The notes: generated from the sequence alone by a model not told the origin. A DNA stretch of 64,000 nt from an uncultured Gemmatimonadales bacterium (GCA_963728915.1 CAVSLV010000001.1:672001-736000); one strand, 5' to 3'; positions 19,480 through 30,280 are shown, numbered from the stretch's first letter. Numbers and translations are program-made.

Positions 19480-21273
19480 ATGCGCCAAACCGTCAGCGAT
19501 TTCATTCTGGACCGGCTCGGCGAATGGGGCATCAAGCGGATCTTCGGATTCCCCGGTGACGGCATCAACGGGATGTTCGTCGCCCTGGAACGCGCCGGCG
19601 ACCGGTTTGAGCTGGTCCGGGTCAGTCATGAAGAGGCTGCCGCCTTCATGGCCTGCGCCCACGCGAAGTTCACCGGAGAAGTCGGCGTGTGCCTCGCGAC
19701 TTCGGGGCCCGGCGCGATCCACCTCCTGAACGGGCTCTACGACGCGAAAATGGACCACCAGCCGGTGGTCGCGATCGTGGGGCAGCAGTCGCGCACCTCG
19801 CTGGGCGGATCGTTCCAGCAGGAAGTGGATCTCACCACGCTCTATAAGGACGTGGCCGGCGAATACGTCCACATGATCGCCGACGCGGCGGCCGCTCGTC
19901 ACGTGACCGACCGCGCGATCCGGATCGCGAAATCCGAGCGAACCGTGACCTGCATCATCCTTCCCAATGACGTGCAGGAGCTCGCCGCAGTCGAGTCGCC
20001 CCCGAGAGAACACGGATCCACCTTTTCCGGCGTCGGGGTCAGCACCCCGCGGGTGATCCCGACCGAAGGGGATCTGGCGCAGGCCGCACAGATTCTGAAC
20101 GAAGGCGAGCGGGTAGCCATGCTGGTCGGCGCCGGCGCGCTCGGCGCCGAGGCGGAGGTACTCGAAATCGCCGACGTGCTCGGCGCCGGGATCGCGAAGG
20201 CCCTCCTGGGCAAGGCGGTGGTGCCGGACACGCTGCCCCACGTGACCGGTTCGATCGGGCTGCTGGGCACCCGCCCGAGTTATGAGATGATGATGCAGTG
20301 CGACACCCTGCTCATGGTGGGATCGAGCTTTCCGTACTCCGAGTTTCTTCCCCGGCAGGGCGCGGCGCGCGGGGTACAGATCGACATCGATCCCCGGATG
20401 ATCGGGCTCCGCTATCCCATGGAGATGAACCTGGTCGGCGACGCCAAGGAATCGCTGCGGAGTCTGCTCCCCTTCCTGCGGCGGAAGGAGGATCGGTCCT
20501 GGCGCGGGCAGATCGAGCGCAACGTCGCCGAATCCTGGAAGGTGCTCGAGGCCCGGGCCATGACCGAGGCCAACCCCATCAACCCCGAGCGGGTCTTCTG
20601 GGAGCTGTCCTCGCGCCTCCCCGATCGCTGTATCCTGACTTCGGATTCCGGCACCAGCGCGACCTGGTGGGCCCGCGACCTCCGGATCCGCTCCGGCATG
20701 ATGGCGACGCTGAGCGGGAACCTGGCCACCATGTGCCCGGGGGTGCCCTACGCCATCGCGGCGAAGTTCGCCCATCCCGACCGGGTGGTCATCGCGGCGG
20801 TGGGCGACGGCGCCATGCAGATGCTGGGGATCAACGATCTGATCACCATCTCGCGGTACTGGAAGGACTGGGCCGATCCGCGGCTCATCGTGCTGGTCCT
20901 CAACAACGGGGACCTCAACATGGTGACCTGGGAGATGCGGGTATTCACCGGCAATCCCAAGTACGAAGCCTCTCAGCTGGTGCCGCCGTTCCCCTATGCG
21001 GGTTATGCCGAGCTGCTGGGTCTCAAGGGCATCCGGGTGGAGGATCCCGAACGGCTCGGCGCGGCCTGGGACCAGGCGCTTGCCGCGGATCGCCCGGTGG
21101 TCCTCGAGGCGGTGGTAGATCCCGACGTGCCGCCCCTCCCTCCGCACCTGACCCTGGAACAGGCCAGGGAATTCACGGCGATGCTGGTGCGTGGGGATCC
21201 CGATCGCGCCGGCATCATCCGGCAAACTGTGCGCGAGGTGGTCGGGACCATCAAAGGGAAGATCAGCGGATAA
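19480..21273 (+). CDS. Thiamine pyrophosphate-requiring enzyme (pyruvate oxidase / pyruvate:quinone oxidoreductase-like)
   Basis: FGFPGDGING, HEEAAAFMA, TSGPGAIHLLNGLYDA, GDGAMQM...LNN TPP-binding motif. GGAGG RBS. Confidence 0.92.
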   Translation: MRQTVSDFILDRLGEWGIKRIFGFPGDGINGMFVALERAGDRFELVRVSHEEAAAFMACAHAKFTGEVGVCLATSGPGAIHLLNGLYDAKMDHQPVVAIVGQQSRTSLGGSFQQEVDLTTLYKDVAGEYVHMIADAAAARHVTDRAIRIAKSERTVTCIILPNDVQELAAVESPPREHGSTFSGVGVSTPRVIPTEGDLAQAAQILNEGERVAMLVGAGALGAEAEVLEIADVLGAGIAKALLGKAVVPDTLPHVTGSIGLLGTRPSYEMMMQCDTLLMVGSSFPYSEFLPRQGAARGVQIDIDPRMIGLRYPMEMNLVGDAKESLRSLLPFLRRKEDRSWRGQIERNVAESWKVLEARAMTEANPINPERVFWELSSRLPDRCILTSDSGTSATWWARDLRIRSGMMATLSGNLATMCPGVPYAIAAKFAHPDRVVIAAVGDGAMQMLGINDLITISRYWKDWADPRLIVLVLNNGDLNMVTWEMRVFTGNPKYEASQLVPPFPYAGYAELLGLKGIRVEDPERLGAAWDQALAADRPVVLEAVVDPDVPPLPPHLTLEQAREFTAMLVRGDPDRAGIIRQTVREVVGTIKGKISG

Positions 21274-21278
21274 CCACG

Positions 21279-22373
21279 ATGACGGGCCCCGCGATCGATC
21301 GGGTCGAGGCGGCCGCCTATCGGATCCCGACCGACCAGCCGGAGGCGGACGGGACGTTGTCGTGGAACGCCACCACGATGGTCGTGGTGCACGCCGAGGC
21401 GGGAAGCCAGCGCGGCTTCGGGTACAGCTATGGCAGCGCCGCGGCGGTGTCCCTCATTCACCAGGAGCTGATCAAGACGCTCATCGGCCTCCCGGCCTGG
21501 TCGGTCGAGGGGGCCTGGAGCGCAATGCTTCGGCAGGTGCGGAACATCGGCCGCTCCGGAGTGGCGGCCAGCGCCATCTCCGCAATCGACGTAGCACTCT
21601 GGGACCTCAAGGCCCGGCTCTGCGGCATCCCGTTAGTCGCCCTGCTCGGCGAGGTCCGCCGGGCGACTCCGGTCTACGGCAGCGGGGGATTCACCAGCTA
21701 TTCGGTCGAGCGGCTCTGCGATCAGCTCGAGGGATGGGTTGCTCAGGGCATTCCGAGCGTCAAGATGAAGGTGGGCTCCTGCCCGGAACAGGACCCGGCC
21801 CGGGTGAGAGCGGCCCGTCGCGCCATCGGGGATGCCGCCGACCTCATGGTGGACGCGAACGGCGCGTATCGTCCTGCCCAGGCCATCACGATGGCAGCGG
21901 TCTTTGGCGAGGCCGGGGTGTCCTGGTTCGAAGAGCCGGTGTCCTCGGACCACCTCGAGGAGATGCGAGCGGTACGGTCAGGAGTGCCGCGGGGGATGGC
22001 AGTTGCCGCGGGCGAATACGCCTGGGACTGGTTCGATGTTCGGCGCCTTCTTGAATCCGGCGCGATCGACGTTCTGCAAATCGATGCGACTCGGTGTCTT
22101 GGCATCACCGGATTCATGGGAGCGGCGCGGCTCTGCCAGGCCTACGGGATGCCGCTCTCGACCCACACCGCCCCAACGCTGCACGCGGTTCTGGGAGCCG
22201 CGGCCACCCCGGTCATTCACCTGGAATACTTCCATGACCACGCCCGCATCGAAGAGATGCTTCTCGAGGGATTCCGGGTCCCGGAGCGGGGAGCGCTCGC
22301 GCCCGGTCGAGGGGCGCCAGGCATCGGGTTCGCATTGAAGTCTCAGGAGGCCCAGCGCTATGCCGTCGCCTAG
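21279..22373 (+). CDS. Mandelate racemase / muconate lactonizing enzyme family protein
   Basis: SAIDVALWDLKAR, KMKVG, VDANG, WFEEP, AGEY. Confidence 0.9.
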   Translation: MTGPAIDRVEAAAYRIPTDQPEADGTLSWNATTMVVVHAEAGSQRGFGYSYGSAAAVSLIHQELIKTLIGLPAWSVEGAWSAMLRQVRNIGRSGVAASAISAIDVALWDLKARLCGIPLVALLGEVRRATPVYGSGGFTSYSVERLCDQLEGWVAQGIPSVKMKVGSCPEQDPARVRAARRAIGDAADLMVDANGAYRPAQAITMAAVFGEAGVSWFEEPVSSDHLEEMRAVRSGVPRGMAVAAGEYAWDWFDVRRLLESGAIDVLQIDATRCLGITGFMGAARLCQAYGMPLSTHTAPTLHAVLGAAATPVIHLEYFHDHARIEEMLLEGFRVPERGALAPGRGAPGIGFALKSQEAQRYAVA

Positions 22374-25362
22374 AGTGGCGCCACCGGCCTTCGTGCGCGA
22401 CCTCTCCGCCCTGGTGCGAGGTGAGGTGCGGTTCGATGCCGGAACCCGCGCCACGTACTCGACCGACGCCTCCAACTATCGCCAGATCCCGCTTGGGGTG
22501 GTGATCCCGCGCGACGCGGAGGATGTCCGGGCCACGGTGGCGCTCTGCCGGGCGCATGGAGTCCCGATCACTTCCAGAGGGGGAGGCACCTCCCTGGCGG
22601 GACAATCCTGCAACGTGGGAGTGATCCTCGACCACTCCAAGTACTTCAACCGGGTCCTGTCCATCGATGGGACGGCCCGCACCGCGCAGGTGGAACCTGG
22701 CTGTGTACTCGACGACCTCAGGAAGGCGGCCACCGAACGGGCCGGCCTCACGTTCGGTCCCGACCCCGCCACCCACAATCGGAATACCCTGGGTGGCATG
22801 ATCGGCAACAATTCCTGCGGGATCCATTCGGTCCTGTCCGCGTGTTATGGCCCCGGGCCGCTCACCCGGCATCAGGTCCTGGAGCTGGACGTCCTCACCT
22901 ATGACGGGCAGCGGTTCAAGGTGGGCCCGACGCCGGAACGGGAGCTGGCCGGGATTATCTCGCTCGGCGGCCGGCGAGGAGAGATCTATGCCGGACTGGC
23001 CCGGCTCCGGGATCGCTATGGCGACGAGATCCGGAAGCGCTATCCATCGATTCCCCGGCGGGTCTCCGGCTACAACCTCGACGCGCTTCTGCCCGAGCAA
23101 GGGTTCAATGTGGCGGCCGCGCTGGTGGGCACCGAGGGCACTTGTGTGGTCGTGCTGGGAGCGACCCTGCGGCTCATCGACCCGCGCCCCGAGCGGGTGC
23201 TGGTGGTGCTGGGATACCCAGACGTCTACCGCGCGGCCGATCACGTCCCGGAGATCATGGAGCGCCGTCCAGTCGGGCTCGAGGGACTCGATGACGAGCT
23301 GATCGAGTACCTGAAGAAGAAGCATCGCAGGGAGGAAGACATCCGGATGCTCCCGGAAGGGAAGGGCTGGCTCCTGGTGGAGTTCGGCGCCGATGGGCGG
23401 GACGAGGCACTGGAACAGGCCCGCGGAATGATGCGGGACCTCCAAACCACCAGGAATCCTCCCAGCATGAAGCTCTTCGACGACCCCGGCCAGGCCGCCC
23501 GGTTGTGGGAAGTCCGGGAATCGGGCCTGGGCGCCACGGCCCACGTTCCGGGACTCGGACGCACCCATCCGGGATGGGAGGATTCGGCGGTCCCGCCGGC
23601 GAGCCTGGGCGCGTATCTCAGGGAGTTCCGCAGCCTGCTGGAGGAGTTCGGATATCACGCGGCGCTCTATGGCCACTTCGGACAGGGTTGCCTGCATTGC
23701 CGGATCGACTTCGACCTCGCAACCGAATCCGGAGTGCAGAAATGGAAGGAGTTCCTGGAGCGGGCGGCCGATCTCGTGCTGCGGCACGGCGGATCGTTCT
23801 CCGGCGAGCACGGTGATGGACAGGCCAGGGGATGGCTCCTCCCCCGGATGTATGGCGCTGATTTGGTCAATGCCTTTCGCGAGTTCAAGGCATTGTGGGA
23901 CCCGGAATGGAAGATGAACCCGGGCAAGGTCGTGGATCCGCTTCCGGTGGATCACGACCTTCGCGAAGGGCCGAATGCACAACGCCCGGACCCGAAGACC
24001 TGGTTTGGCTTCGCCCGCGACCAGGGATCGTTCTTCGGAGCGGCAGCGCGCTGCGTCGGGGTGGGGGAGTGCCGGCGCACCCACCAGGGCACGATGTGTC
24101 CAAGCTACATGGTCACCCGGGAGGAAAAGCACTCGACCCGGGGCAGGGCACGCCTGCTCTTTGAAATGCTGCAGGGCGAGGTGATTCGCGAGGGCTGGCG
24201 CTCGCCCGAGGTCCGGGAAGCTCTCGACTTGTGTCTGGCCTGCAAAGGCTGCAAGGCCGATTGCCCGGTGCAGGTGGACATGGCCACGTACAAGGCCGAA
24301 TTCCTGTCGCACTACTACCAGGGCCGACTCCGCCCGCGCACTGCGTATGCATCCTCGCTGATCTTCTGGTGGGCGAGACTGGCATCGCCCCTTGCTCCCC
24401 TCGTCAATGCCCTGGGCAGGAATGTGATCACGGGGGGGCTCGCCAAGAAGGTCGCCGGATTTGCTCCGGAGCGGCAATTACCGACCCTCGCCCGACCGAC
24501 TCTTCGGCGCTGGTTCCGGAATCGTCGGCCTGAACGCCGGGGCGGCCGTGGGTCGCGCGTGGTTCTCTGGCCCGACACCTTCACGAACTACCTGCGGCCA
24601 GAAAGTGGGCAGGCCGCAGTCGCGGTCCTCGAGCATCTGGGGTATCGAGTCGAGCTCCCTCCCCGTCCCCTCTGTTGTGGGAGGCCCCTCTATGACTGGG
24701 GGATGCTCCGCCTCGCGCGGAGGTGGTGGACCCGCAATCTGGAGGTCCTGGAACCGTATCTGCGGGCCGGCATTCCCATTGTCGGGCTGGAGCCGAGTTG
24801 TGTCGCGTCATTCCGGGATGAGCTGCCGGGATTGTTCCCCGACCGGCCGGAGGCCAGGCAGCTTTCCCGCCAGACGCTGCTCCTCAGCGAATTTCTCGAT
24901 CGCGAAGGCCTCGAGCTTCCGAGGGTGGCCGCCAGAGCCCTCGTGCATCGGCACTGCCATCACCACGCGGTGCTGGGGTTCGAGCCCGAAGAACGGATCC
25001 TTGCCAAGGTCGGGCTCGACTACGAAATACTCGATTCCGGCTGCTGCGGGATGGCCGGGGCGTTCGGGTTCGAGCGCGAGAAGTATGAAGTCTCGGTGGC
25101 ATGCGCCGAACGGGTGCTGCTGCCCGCGATTCGGAAGGCGGATCCCGGGACCCTGGTGATCGCGGACGGTTTCAGCTGTCGCGAGCAGGTCCGCCAGCTT
25201 CTGGGCTGGGAGCCCATGCATCTGGCCGAGGTGATCGCGCTGGCGGTCGAGCAGCAGGAGACGCCTAGTGATGGGACCGGCGGCGCCATAACCCGGCCCC
25301 GGCGGCCACCAGCGCGAGCGCCGCGACGGAAATCGCACGCGGGTGAAGCGAAGCCCAGATGA
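22360..25362 (+). CDS. FAD-binding and Fe-S-binding oxidoreductase (GlcD/GlcF-like fusion)
   Basis: RGGGTSLAGQ, GGMIGNNSCG, SGEHGDG, CVGVGEC, CLACKGCKADCP, two CCG domains. Confidence 0.92.
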   Translation: MPSPRVAPPAFVRDLSALVRGEVRFDAGTRATYSTDASNYRQIPLGVVIPRDAEDVRATVALCRAHGVPITSRGGGTSLAGQSCNVGVILDHSKYFNRVLSIDGTARTAQVEPGCVLDDLRKAATERAGLTFGPDPATHNRNTLGGMIGNNSCGIHSVLSACYGPGPLTRHQVLELDVLTYDGQRFKVGPTPERELAGIISLGGRRGEIYAGLARLRDRYGDEIRKRYPSIPRRVSGYNLDALLPEQGFNVAAALVGTEGTCVVVLGATLRLIDPRPERVLVVLGYPDVYRAADHVPEIMERRPVGLEGLDDELIEYLKKKHRREEDIRMLPEGKGWLLVEFGADGRDEALEQARGMMRDLQTTRNPPSMKLFDDPGQAARLWEVRESGLGATAHVPGLGRTHPGWEDSAVPPASLGAYLREFRSLLEEFGYHAALYGHFGQGCLHCRIDFDLATESGVQKWKEFLERAADLVLRHGGSFSGEHGDGQARGWLLPRMYGADLVNAFREFKALWDPEWKMNPGKVVDPLPVDHDLREGPNAQRPDPKTWFGFARDQGSFFGAAARCVGVGECRRTHQGTMCPSYMVTREEKHSTRGRARLLFEMLQGEVIREGWRSPEVREALDLCLACKGCKADCPVQVDMATYKAEFLSHYYQGRLRPRTAYASSLIFWWARLASPLAPLVNALGRNVITGGLAKKVAGFAPERQLPTLARPTLRRWFRNRRPERRGGRGSRVVLWPDTFTNYLRPESGQAAVAVLEHLGYRVELPPRPLCCGRPLYDWGMLRLARRWWTRNLEVLEPYLRAGIPIVGLEPSCVASFRDELPGLFPDRPEARQLSRQTLLLSEFLDREGLELPRVAARALVHRHCHHHAVLGFEPEERILAKVGLDYEILDSGCCGMAGAFGFEREKYEVSVACAERVLLPAIRKADPGTLVIADGFSCREQVRQLLGWEPMHLAEVIALAVEQQETPSDGTGGAITRPRRPPARAPRRKSHAGEAKPR

Positions 25363-26278
25363 ACGGACTCCGCGCCCGGGCGTCACGATCGAAGGCGCCA
25401 TGGGCCCCCCGATCGCCGGAGAGCGGGGCGTCGAGGTTGTCGGCCCGCCGTCGCGGCACCTCACTGGTCTGCTGTCCGGACCAGGCCATGTCGCCCAGGT
25501 AACGGTCCAGCCTTGCGGGAATCACCCGCTCGCCCAGGATCGCCTTCCAGGTGCTCCACCCCACCCAATGCTCCCGGTGCGGATGATGGATGGCGCGGAC
25601 GATTGCCCTGGCGATGAGCTCGGGCTGGAAGACCGGCGGCACCGGGTAGGGGTGCTTGGGGAGTTTGTTCCGCACGACGTCGAACTGCGGCGTGTTCACG
25701 GCGGGAAGCTGCACCATGGTGATTCTGATGGCGCTGCCTTCATGGCTCAGCTCGCAGCGCAAGGCATCCGTGAACCCCCGGATCGCCGCTTTACTGGCGC
25801 AGTAGGCGCTCTGAAGCGGGATCGATCGATAGGCGAGGGCCGAGCCGACTTGCACGATCACGCCCGCCTTGCGCCGCCGCATGTGGTGCAGCGCGGCGAG
25901 CGTCCCATGCACGTACCCGAGGTAATTGACTTCAGTAACCCGGCGGAACTCCGCCGGGGTGATCTGATCGGTCGGGGCGAATACGCTCACCATCGCATTG
26001 TTGATCCAGGCGTCGAGCCGTCCCCAACGCGCCACGATGGTGTCGGCCGCCTTGCGGACCTCGTCCGGATCCGAAACGTCCAGCGGGAATACCATGGCCT
26101 TGGAGCCCGCGTCGGCCACTTCGCGCGAGGCGCCGCTCAGACCGTCCTCTCCCCGGGCGATCAGCCCGAGCCGCCATCCCTCCCGGGCGAGTTGACGCAC
26201 CACCGCCCGGCCGACGCCGCTCGTGGCGCCGGTAATGATCGCGACGGGTTGCACGAGACTTTCCTGTGATCTCATCAT
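25265..26278 (-). CDS. SDR-family oxidoreductase with C-terminal TM helix
   Basis: ITGATSGVG, WINNA, YCASK, PAVNTPQF. Confidence 0.92.
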   Translation of the reverse strand: MMRSQESLVQPVAIITGATSGVGRAVVRQLAREGWRLGLIARGEDGLSGASREVADAGSKAMVFPLDVSDPDEVRKAADTIVARWGRLDAWINNAMVSVFAPTDQITPAEFRRVTEVNYLGYVHGTLAALHHMRRRKAGVIVQVGSALAYRSIPLQSAYCASKAAIRGFTDALRCELSHEGSAIRITMVQLPAVNTPQFDVVRNKLPKHPYPVPPVFQPELIARAIVRAIHHPHREHWVGWSTWKAILGERVIPARLDRYLGDMAWSGQQTSEVPRRRADNLDAPLSGDRGAHGAFDRDARARSPFIWASLHPRAISVAALALVAAGAGLWRRRSHH

Positions 26279-26403
26279 TGGGGTGACCCGGAATGGCGGT
26301 TCGCCCTGCACACTCCAGGGCGGGCCTGTGATTTACTTTCGTGCAAAAACCAGGTGGGGCCTCGTCCCTCCAACGGGGCCAGACTTCAGGGGAGGAGAAC
26401 AGC

Positions 26404-28608
26404 ATGGCAGACCGGCACGGAACCGCTGATTCGAAACGACAGGCGCTCACCCAGGCGGAGCCATCGCAGGGCGAGGGCATTGCCGACGCGCTCACCATCA
26501 AGGATGGGGATCTCTACTTCCTGTGCGAGCGGGACGGGGCGGTGCCGGTATCCCGCCAGCATGGCCTCGGCCTCTACGCCAGAGATTGCCGGTTCCTGAG
26601 CGGCTATGAGGCGCGGGTCTCCGGGGTGCGACTCGAGTCGCTGGCCGCCAACTCGCGCGATGGATTCCGCTCGGTGTTCCAGCTCACCAATCCGGAGATC
26701 CCCGGCGATGGCAAGCGCCTGGGGATTCCGAAGCAACGTCTTGGGGTGCGCTGGCGGCACGTCCTGGATGCGAAAGGATCCTTGCTTCGGGACGAGTTCC
26801 TGGTGGCCAACTACGACCGGGAGCCCTGCTCCGCGACCCTCGAGCTCACCTTCGCGGCGGACTTCCGGGATGTCTTCTTCATTCGCGGGTTGACCGGAGA
26901 GCAACCCGGTACGCCGCGCAAGGTGGCCCGGGAGGAAGAGGAGCTGGTCTTCGGGTATGATGGGGCGGACGGTCGCTACCGGGAGCTTCGAGTTCGCTTT
27001 TCCGAGAAGCCCAACCGGTGGAAAGACCAGGGAGCCAGGTTCTCCTGGGACCTCGGCCCGGGAGAGTCCGCCCGCCTTCGAGTGAGTCTGCTGGTTCGGG
27101 AGTCCGAGGTGAAGGTTCATGCGGAGCCTCAGGGCGCCGATGCCAGTGGGATGGAGGCCAGCGAGCAGGACCATCACCGCTCCATCAGCGACTGGATGGA
27201 AGGGTTTCCCGAAATTCGTTCGGGAAGCCTGCGGCTTCAGGCAACCATGGATCGCTCCCTCCGGGACCTTCGCGCGCTGCGCATGCACATGGACGGGTAT
27301 CGGTTCTTCGGAGCAGGCGTTCCCTGGTTCGCCACCCTGTTCGGGCGGGACAGTCTGCTCTGCGCCTATGCCACCCTGGCGTACCGGCCCGAGCTGGCCA
27401 AAGAGACCCTCTTGCTGCTCGCCAAATTCCAGGGGACCCGAAAGGATTCCTGGACCGAAGAGGCGCCGGGGAAAATCCTCCACGAGCTCCGGCGCGGCGA
27501 GCTGGCCCGGATGGGCGCCATTCCGCATTCACCCTACTACGGAACCATCGACGCTACGCCGCTCTTCATCACGGTGATGGCCGAGTATCTCCGATGGAGC
27601 GGAGATCTGGACCTGGTACGCGAGCTCAGGCCGAATCTGGAGGCGGCGCTTCGCTGGATGGATGACGATGGCGATTCCGACGGAGATGGCTACCTCGACT
27701 ACGGAGCTCCCGGAGAGCACCCCGTCGTCAATGAGGGCTGGAAGGATTCCGGCTCCGCGATCGTGAACGCCGACGGCTCCGATGCCCGGCCCCCGGTCGC
27801 CCTGGTCGAAGTCCAGGGATTCGCCTACCGCGCCAGGCTGGATGCCGCGACCCTCTTCGAGAGCCTGGGAGACCGGGATCGCGCGGACCGGCTCCGGGCG
27901 GAAGCGAACGCATTGCGCGATCGATTCAATCGGGACTTCTGGCTTCCCGATCAGCAGTTCTACGCGCTGGCGCTCCAGCAAGCCGGCGAACCGGTCGCGG
28001 TGATCTCCTCCAATCCGGGGCAGGCGCTCTGGACCGGGATCATCCCGCCCGAGCGGGTGTCCCGGGTGGTGGAGCGGCTGATGCAGAAGGACATGTGCAC
28101 CGGCTGGGGAATTCGGACTCTGGCAAGCAGCGAGACCGGCTATAACCCCGTAGCCTATCATCGTGGGACAGTCTGGCCGCACGACACCGCGCTCGCCGCC
28201 GCCGGATTCCGGCACCATGGTCATGGCGCCGAGGCCTGCCGGCTCTTTGCCGGGCTACTCCACGCAGCCGAGAATTTCGATGACTATCGGTTGCCGGAGC
28301 TGTTCTCGGGGTACGACAAGAGCTTCGGCTTGCCGGTGCATTACCCCGTTGCGTGCCATCCCCAGGCCTGGGCCGCCGCCTCGGTGCCCTTCCTGCTGGC
28401 CACCCTGCTCGGTCTGGAACCCGATGCGCCGAGGCGGCGGCTTCGGATTCTTTCCGCGTGGCTCCCGGACTTCGTGCCGTGGGTCACCTTCCGCCGGCTT
28501 CGGGTGGGGGCCGCCGAGCTCGACCTCGCGTTCGCCCGCGGAGCCAGCGAACGAATCGAGGTCTCGGTGGAACGCCAAAGCGGACCGCTCGATATCGAAT
28601 TCGCCTGA
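26404..28608 (+). CDS. Amylo-alpha-1,6-glucosidase / glycogen debranching enzyme family protein
   Basis: AGVPWFATLFGRDS, PGKILHELR, YYGTIDATPL, GWKDS, YHRGTVWPHD, PQAWAA. GGAGG RBS. Confidence 0.9.
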   Translation: MADRHGTADSKRQALTQAEPSQGEGIADALTIKDGDLYFLCERDGAVPVSRQHGLGLYARDCRFLSGYEARVSGVRLESLAANSRDGFRSVFQLTNPEIPGDGKRLGIPKQRLGVRWRHVLDAKGSLLRDEFLVANYDREPCSATLELTFAADFRDVFFIRGLTGEQPGTPRKVAREEEELVFGYDGADGRYRELRVRFSEKPNRWKDQGARFSWDLGPGESARLRVSLLVRESEVKVHAEPQGADASGMEASEQDHHRSISDWMEGFPEIRSGSLRLQATMDRSLRDLRALRMHMDGYRFFGAGVPWFATLFGRDSLLCAYATLAYRPELAKETLLLLAKFQGTRKDSWTEEAPGKILHELRRGELARMGAIPHSPYYGTIDATPLFITVMAEYLRWSGDLDLVRELRPNLEAALRWMDDDGDSDGDGYLDYGAPGEHPVVNEGWKDSGSAIVNADGSDARPPVALVEVQGFAYRARLDAATLFESLGDRDRADRLRAEANALRDRFNRDFWLPDQQFYALALQQAGEPVAVISSNPGQALWTGIIPPERVSRVVERLMQKDMCTGWGIRTLASSETGYNPVAYHRGTVWPHDTALAAAGFRHHGHGAEACRLFAGLLHAAENFDDYRLPELFSGYDKSFGLPVHYPVACHPQAWAAASVPFLLATLLGLEPDAPRRRLRILSAWLPDFVPWVTFRRLRVGAAELDLAFARGASERIEVSVERQSGPLDIEFA

Positions 28609-28634
28609 GTCTGCCGGCTGACAGGGATCAGCGG

Positions 28635-29711
28635 TCAGGGCACCCTGTAGTTGACGGAAAGGGGAAGGCGAGGGTCCCCGATCGGGTACGGGGGTGTGCT
28701 CCGCGCCCGCCAGGCCGCGAAGAGAACGGCACTCGCGCTGATCAAGGCGATGGCGAGCGCATCCTCGACCAGGCCAAGACCGGTGACCTCACCCGCCGGG
28801 GCAACCAGCCACAGGGTATCCACCGCGTGCATCAGGAGCATCCAGGCGGCCAGCCCGGCGAGGAGCGCGGGATGGCGCTTGAATGAGCGCGAGAGCAGGA
28901 GGGCGAACGGGAGCACGAAGTGGCCGACGAAGAGCAGGGCACCCGACCACGACCACTCCCCCTGAAGTCGCGGGAGGTACCAGATGACCTCCCTGGGCAA
29001 ATCGCCGATCCAGATGATCAGGAGCTGGGCGAACCCGAAGTAGGCCCACAGGATGATCCCGGTGAGCAGGAGTTTTCCAAGGGCGTGAAAGTGTTCCGCA
29101 CTCGGTGAAGGAACGCCGGTGTCCGGCCGTTTGCGAAGCGCGATGGCAAGAAGGACGAGCAGGGCCAGCGCCCCGACGAATCCACCGGCCCACCAGTACG
29201 CTCCGTAGATCGTGGATTGCCAGGGGAGCGAAAGGGTCATGAGCCAGTCGAAGGACGCCAGCGTGACCGTCAAGGCGTAGATCGGGAGCCCGATGGCGCT
29301 GATCCGGATCTGTCGCCGGGTCAGGCCGGGACCTTCCGTGATGTCCTGACGCAGGGAAGCGCGCCTGAGGAGGCCGCCGATCACCCACCAGCTCGCCAGG
29401 TAGATCCCGGAACGCACCGCGAAGAAGGGGATGGTGAAGAGCGCCGCGCGCGCCTCGACGAAATCGCGGTTCGCCGGTGCAAGGCGTTCCGGATCCGCCC
29501 ATGGATAGAGATCCCGGGCCAGAAGAACGACGGGGATGAACAGGAGCAGGAACCAGGGCAAGACGGCGACAACGGCTTCCGCCCGGCGCCGGAGCACCAC
29601 GAACCAGGTTGCCCCGGTAAGGTGGGCGATCATCACCATGCCCAGGGCGCCCAGAACGATGCTGAGGACCGCGGCATACCCGATGAGGTACGCCAACGCG
29701 ATGGCCTTCAT
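28635..29711 (-). CDS. actF: Alternative complex III subunit ActF (NrfD-like membrane subunit)
   Basis: Multi-TM protein with FDWLMTL..PWQSTIYG, HALGKLL, QLLIIWIGDLPRE, PIGDPRL. Last gene of the operon; ATGA coupling. Confidence 0.85.
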   Translation of the reverse strand: MKAIALAYLIGYAAVLSIVLGALGMVMIAHLTGATWFVVLRRRAEAVVAVLPWFLLLFIPVVLLARDLYPWADPERLAPANRDFVEARAALFTIPFFAVRSGIYLASWWVIGGLLRRASLRQDITEGPGLTRRQIRISAIGLPIYALTVTLASFDWLMTLSLPWQSTIYGAYWWAGGFVGALALLVLLAIALRKRPDTGVPSPSAEHFHALGKLLLTGIILWAYFGFAQLLIIWIGDLPREVIWYLPRLQGEWSWSGALLFVGHFVLPFALLLSRSFKRHPALLAGLAAWMLLMHAVDTLWLVAPAGEVTGLGLVEDALAIALISASAVLFAAWRARSTPPYPIGDPRLPLSVNYRVP

Positions 29712-30280
29712 GGAACAGCCCGCCGCCGTTCCGCTTCCCGCTCGCGCCAGGCCGAGTCGATGGCGACGAGCTGAAGCGCAAAGGCCGAGTCGGCACGGCC
29801 CGCCGAATCGAGTCCCGGGGTTCGGAGCAGCGCCATCAGGTACCAGGATACCGCGCGCCGGCCCCGGGCGTCCAGCTGCCATGCCATGGAGGGCATCCGT
29901 CCCCGGCCCCGCGCCACGATATCGAGCATCTCCCGCAGCGTGAGACGGAGGGTCGACGGGGTCCGAAGGGAGAAACCGCTGCTGGGAGGAAGGTTCGACG
30001 CGACCAACGTGCCCCCATAACCCGCGGCGCCGTGGCAGACTGCGCAGTACACGCCGTATTGGCTCCGTCCCATGGCCCGGGTTGCAGCGTCCGGAAGGTC
30101 GCTCGCTGGAAGGGTGTCGAACGGAATGACGCCTTCCGGCGGGGGTCGCAGCATGGGCGTCTCGAATGCGTCCGCCCGGTGCTGCCACCGCATTCGCTCG
30201 AAGTCCCAGCCAGGGACTCGCGAACGGCAGCCGAGGAAACCGAGCAGCAGGAGGCCGGCGGCGCCGGGGGACCAGGTCAT
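29708..30280 (-). CDS. actE: Alternative complex III monoheme cytochrome c lipoprotein ActE
   Basis: Lipobox FLGC, PPEGVIP, YCAVCHG, GRGRMPS. Position between actD and actF. Confidence 0.8.
   Translation of the reverse strand: MTWSPGAAGLLLLGFLGCRSRVPGWDFERMRWQHRADAFETPMLRPPPEGVIPFDTLPASDLPDAATRAMGRSQYGVYCAVCHGAAGYGGTLVASNLPPSSGFSLRTPSTLRLTLREMLDIVARGRGRMPSMAWQLDARGRRAVSWYLMALLRTPGLDSAGRADSAFALQLVAIDSAWREREAERRRAVP

Noticed and set aside
19399..21225. Long antisense or alternative-frame ORFs (also 5367..6890, 30825..32288, 57899..59275, 58422..60029, 61429..62784)
   Set aside because: Shadow ORFs expected in high-GC DNA opposite well-supported genes; no recognisable motifs.
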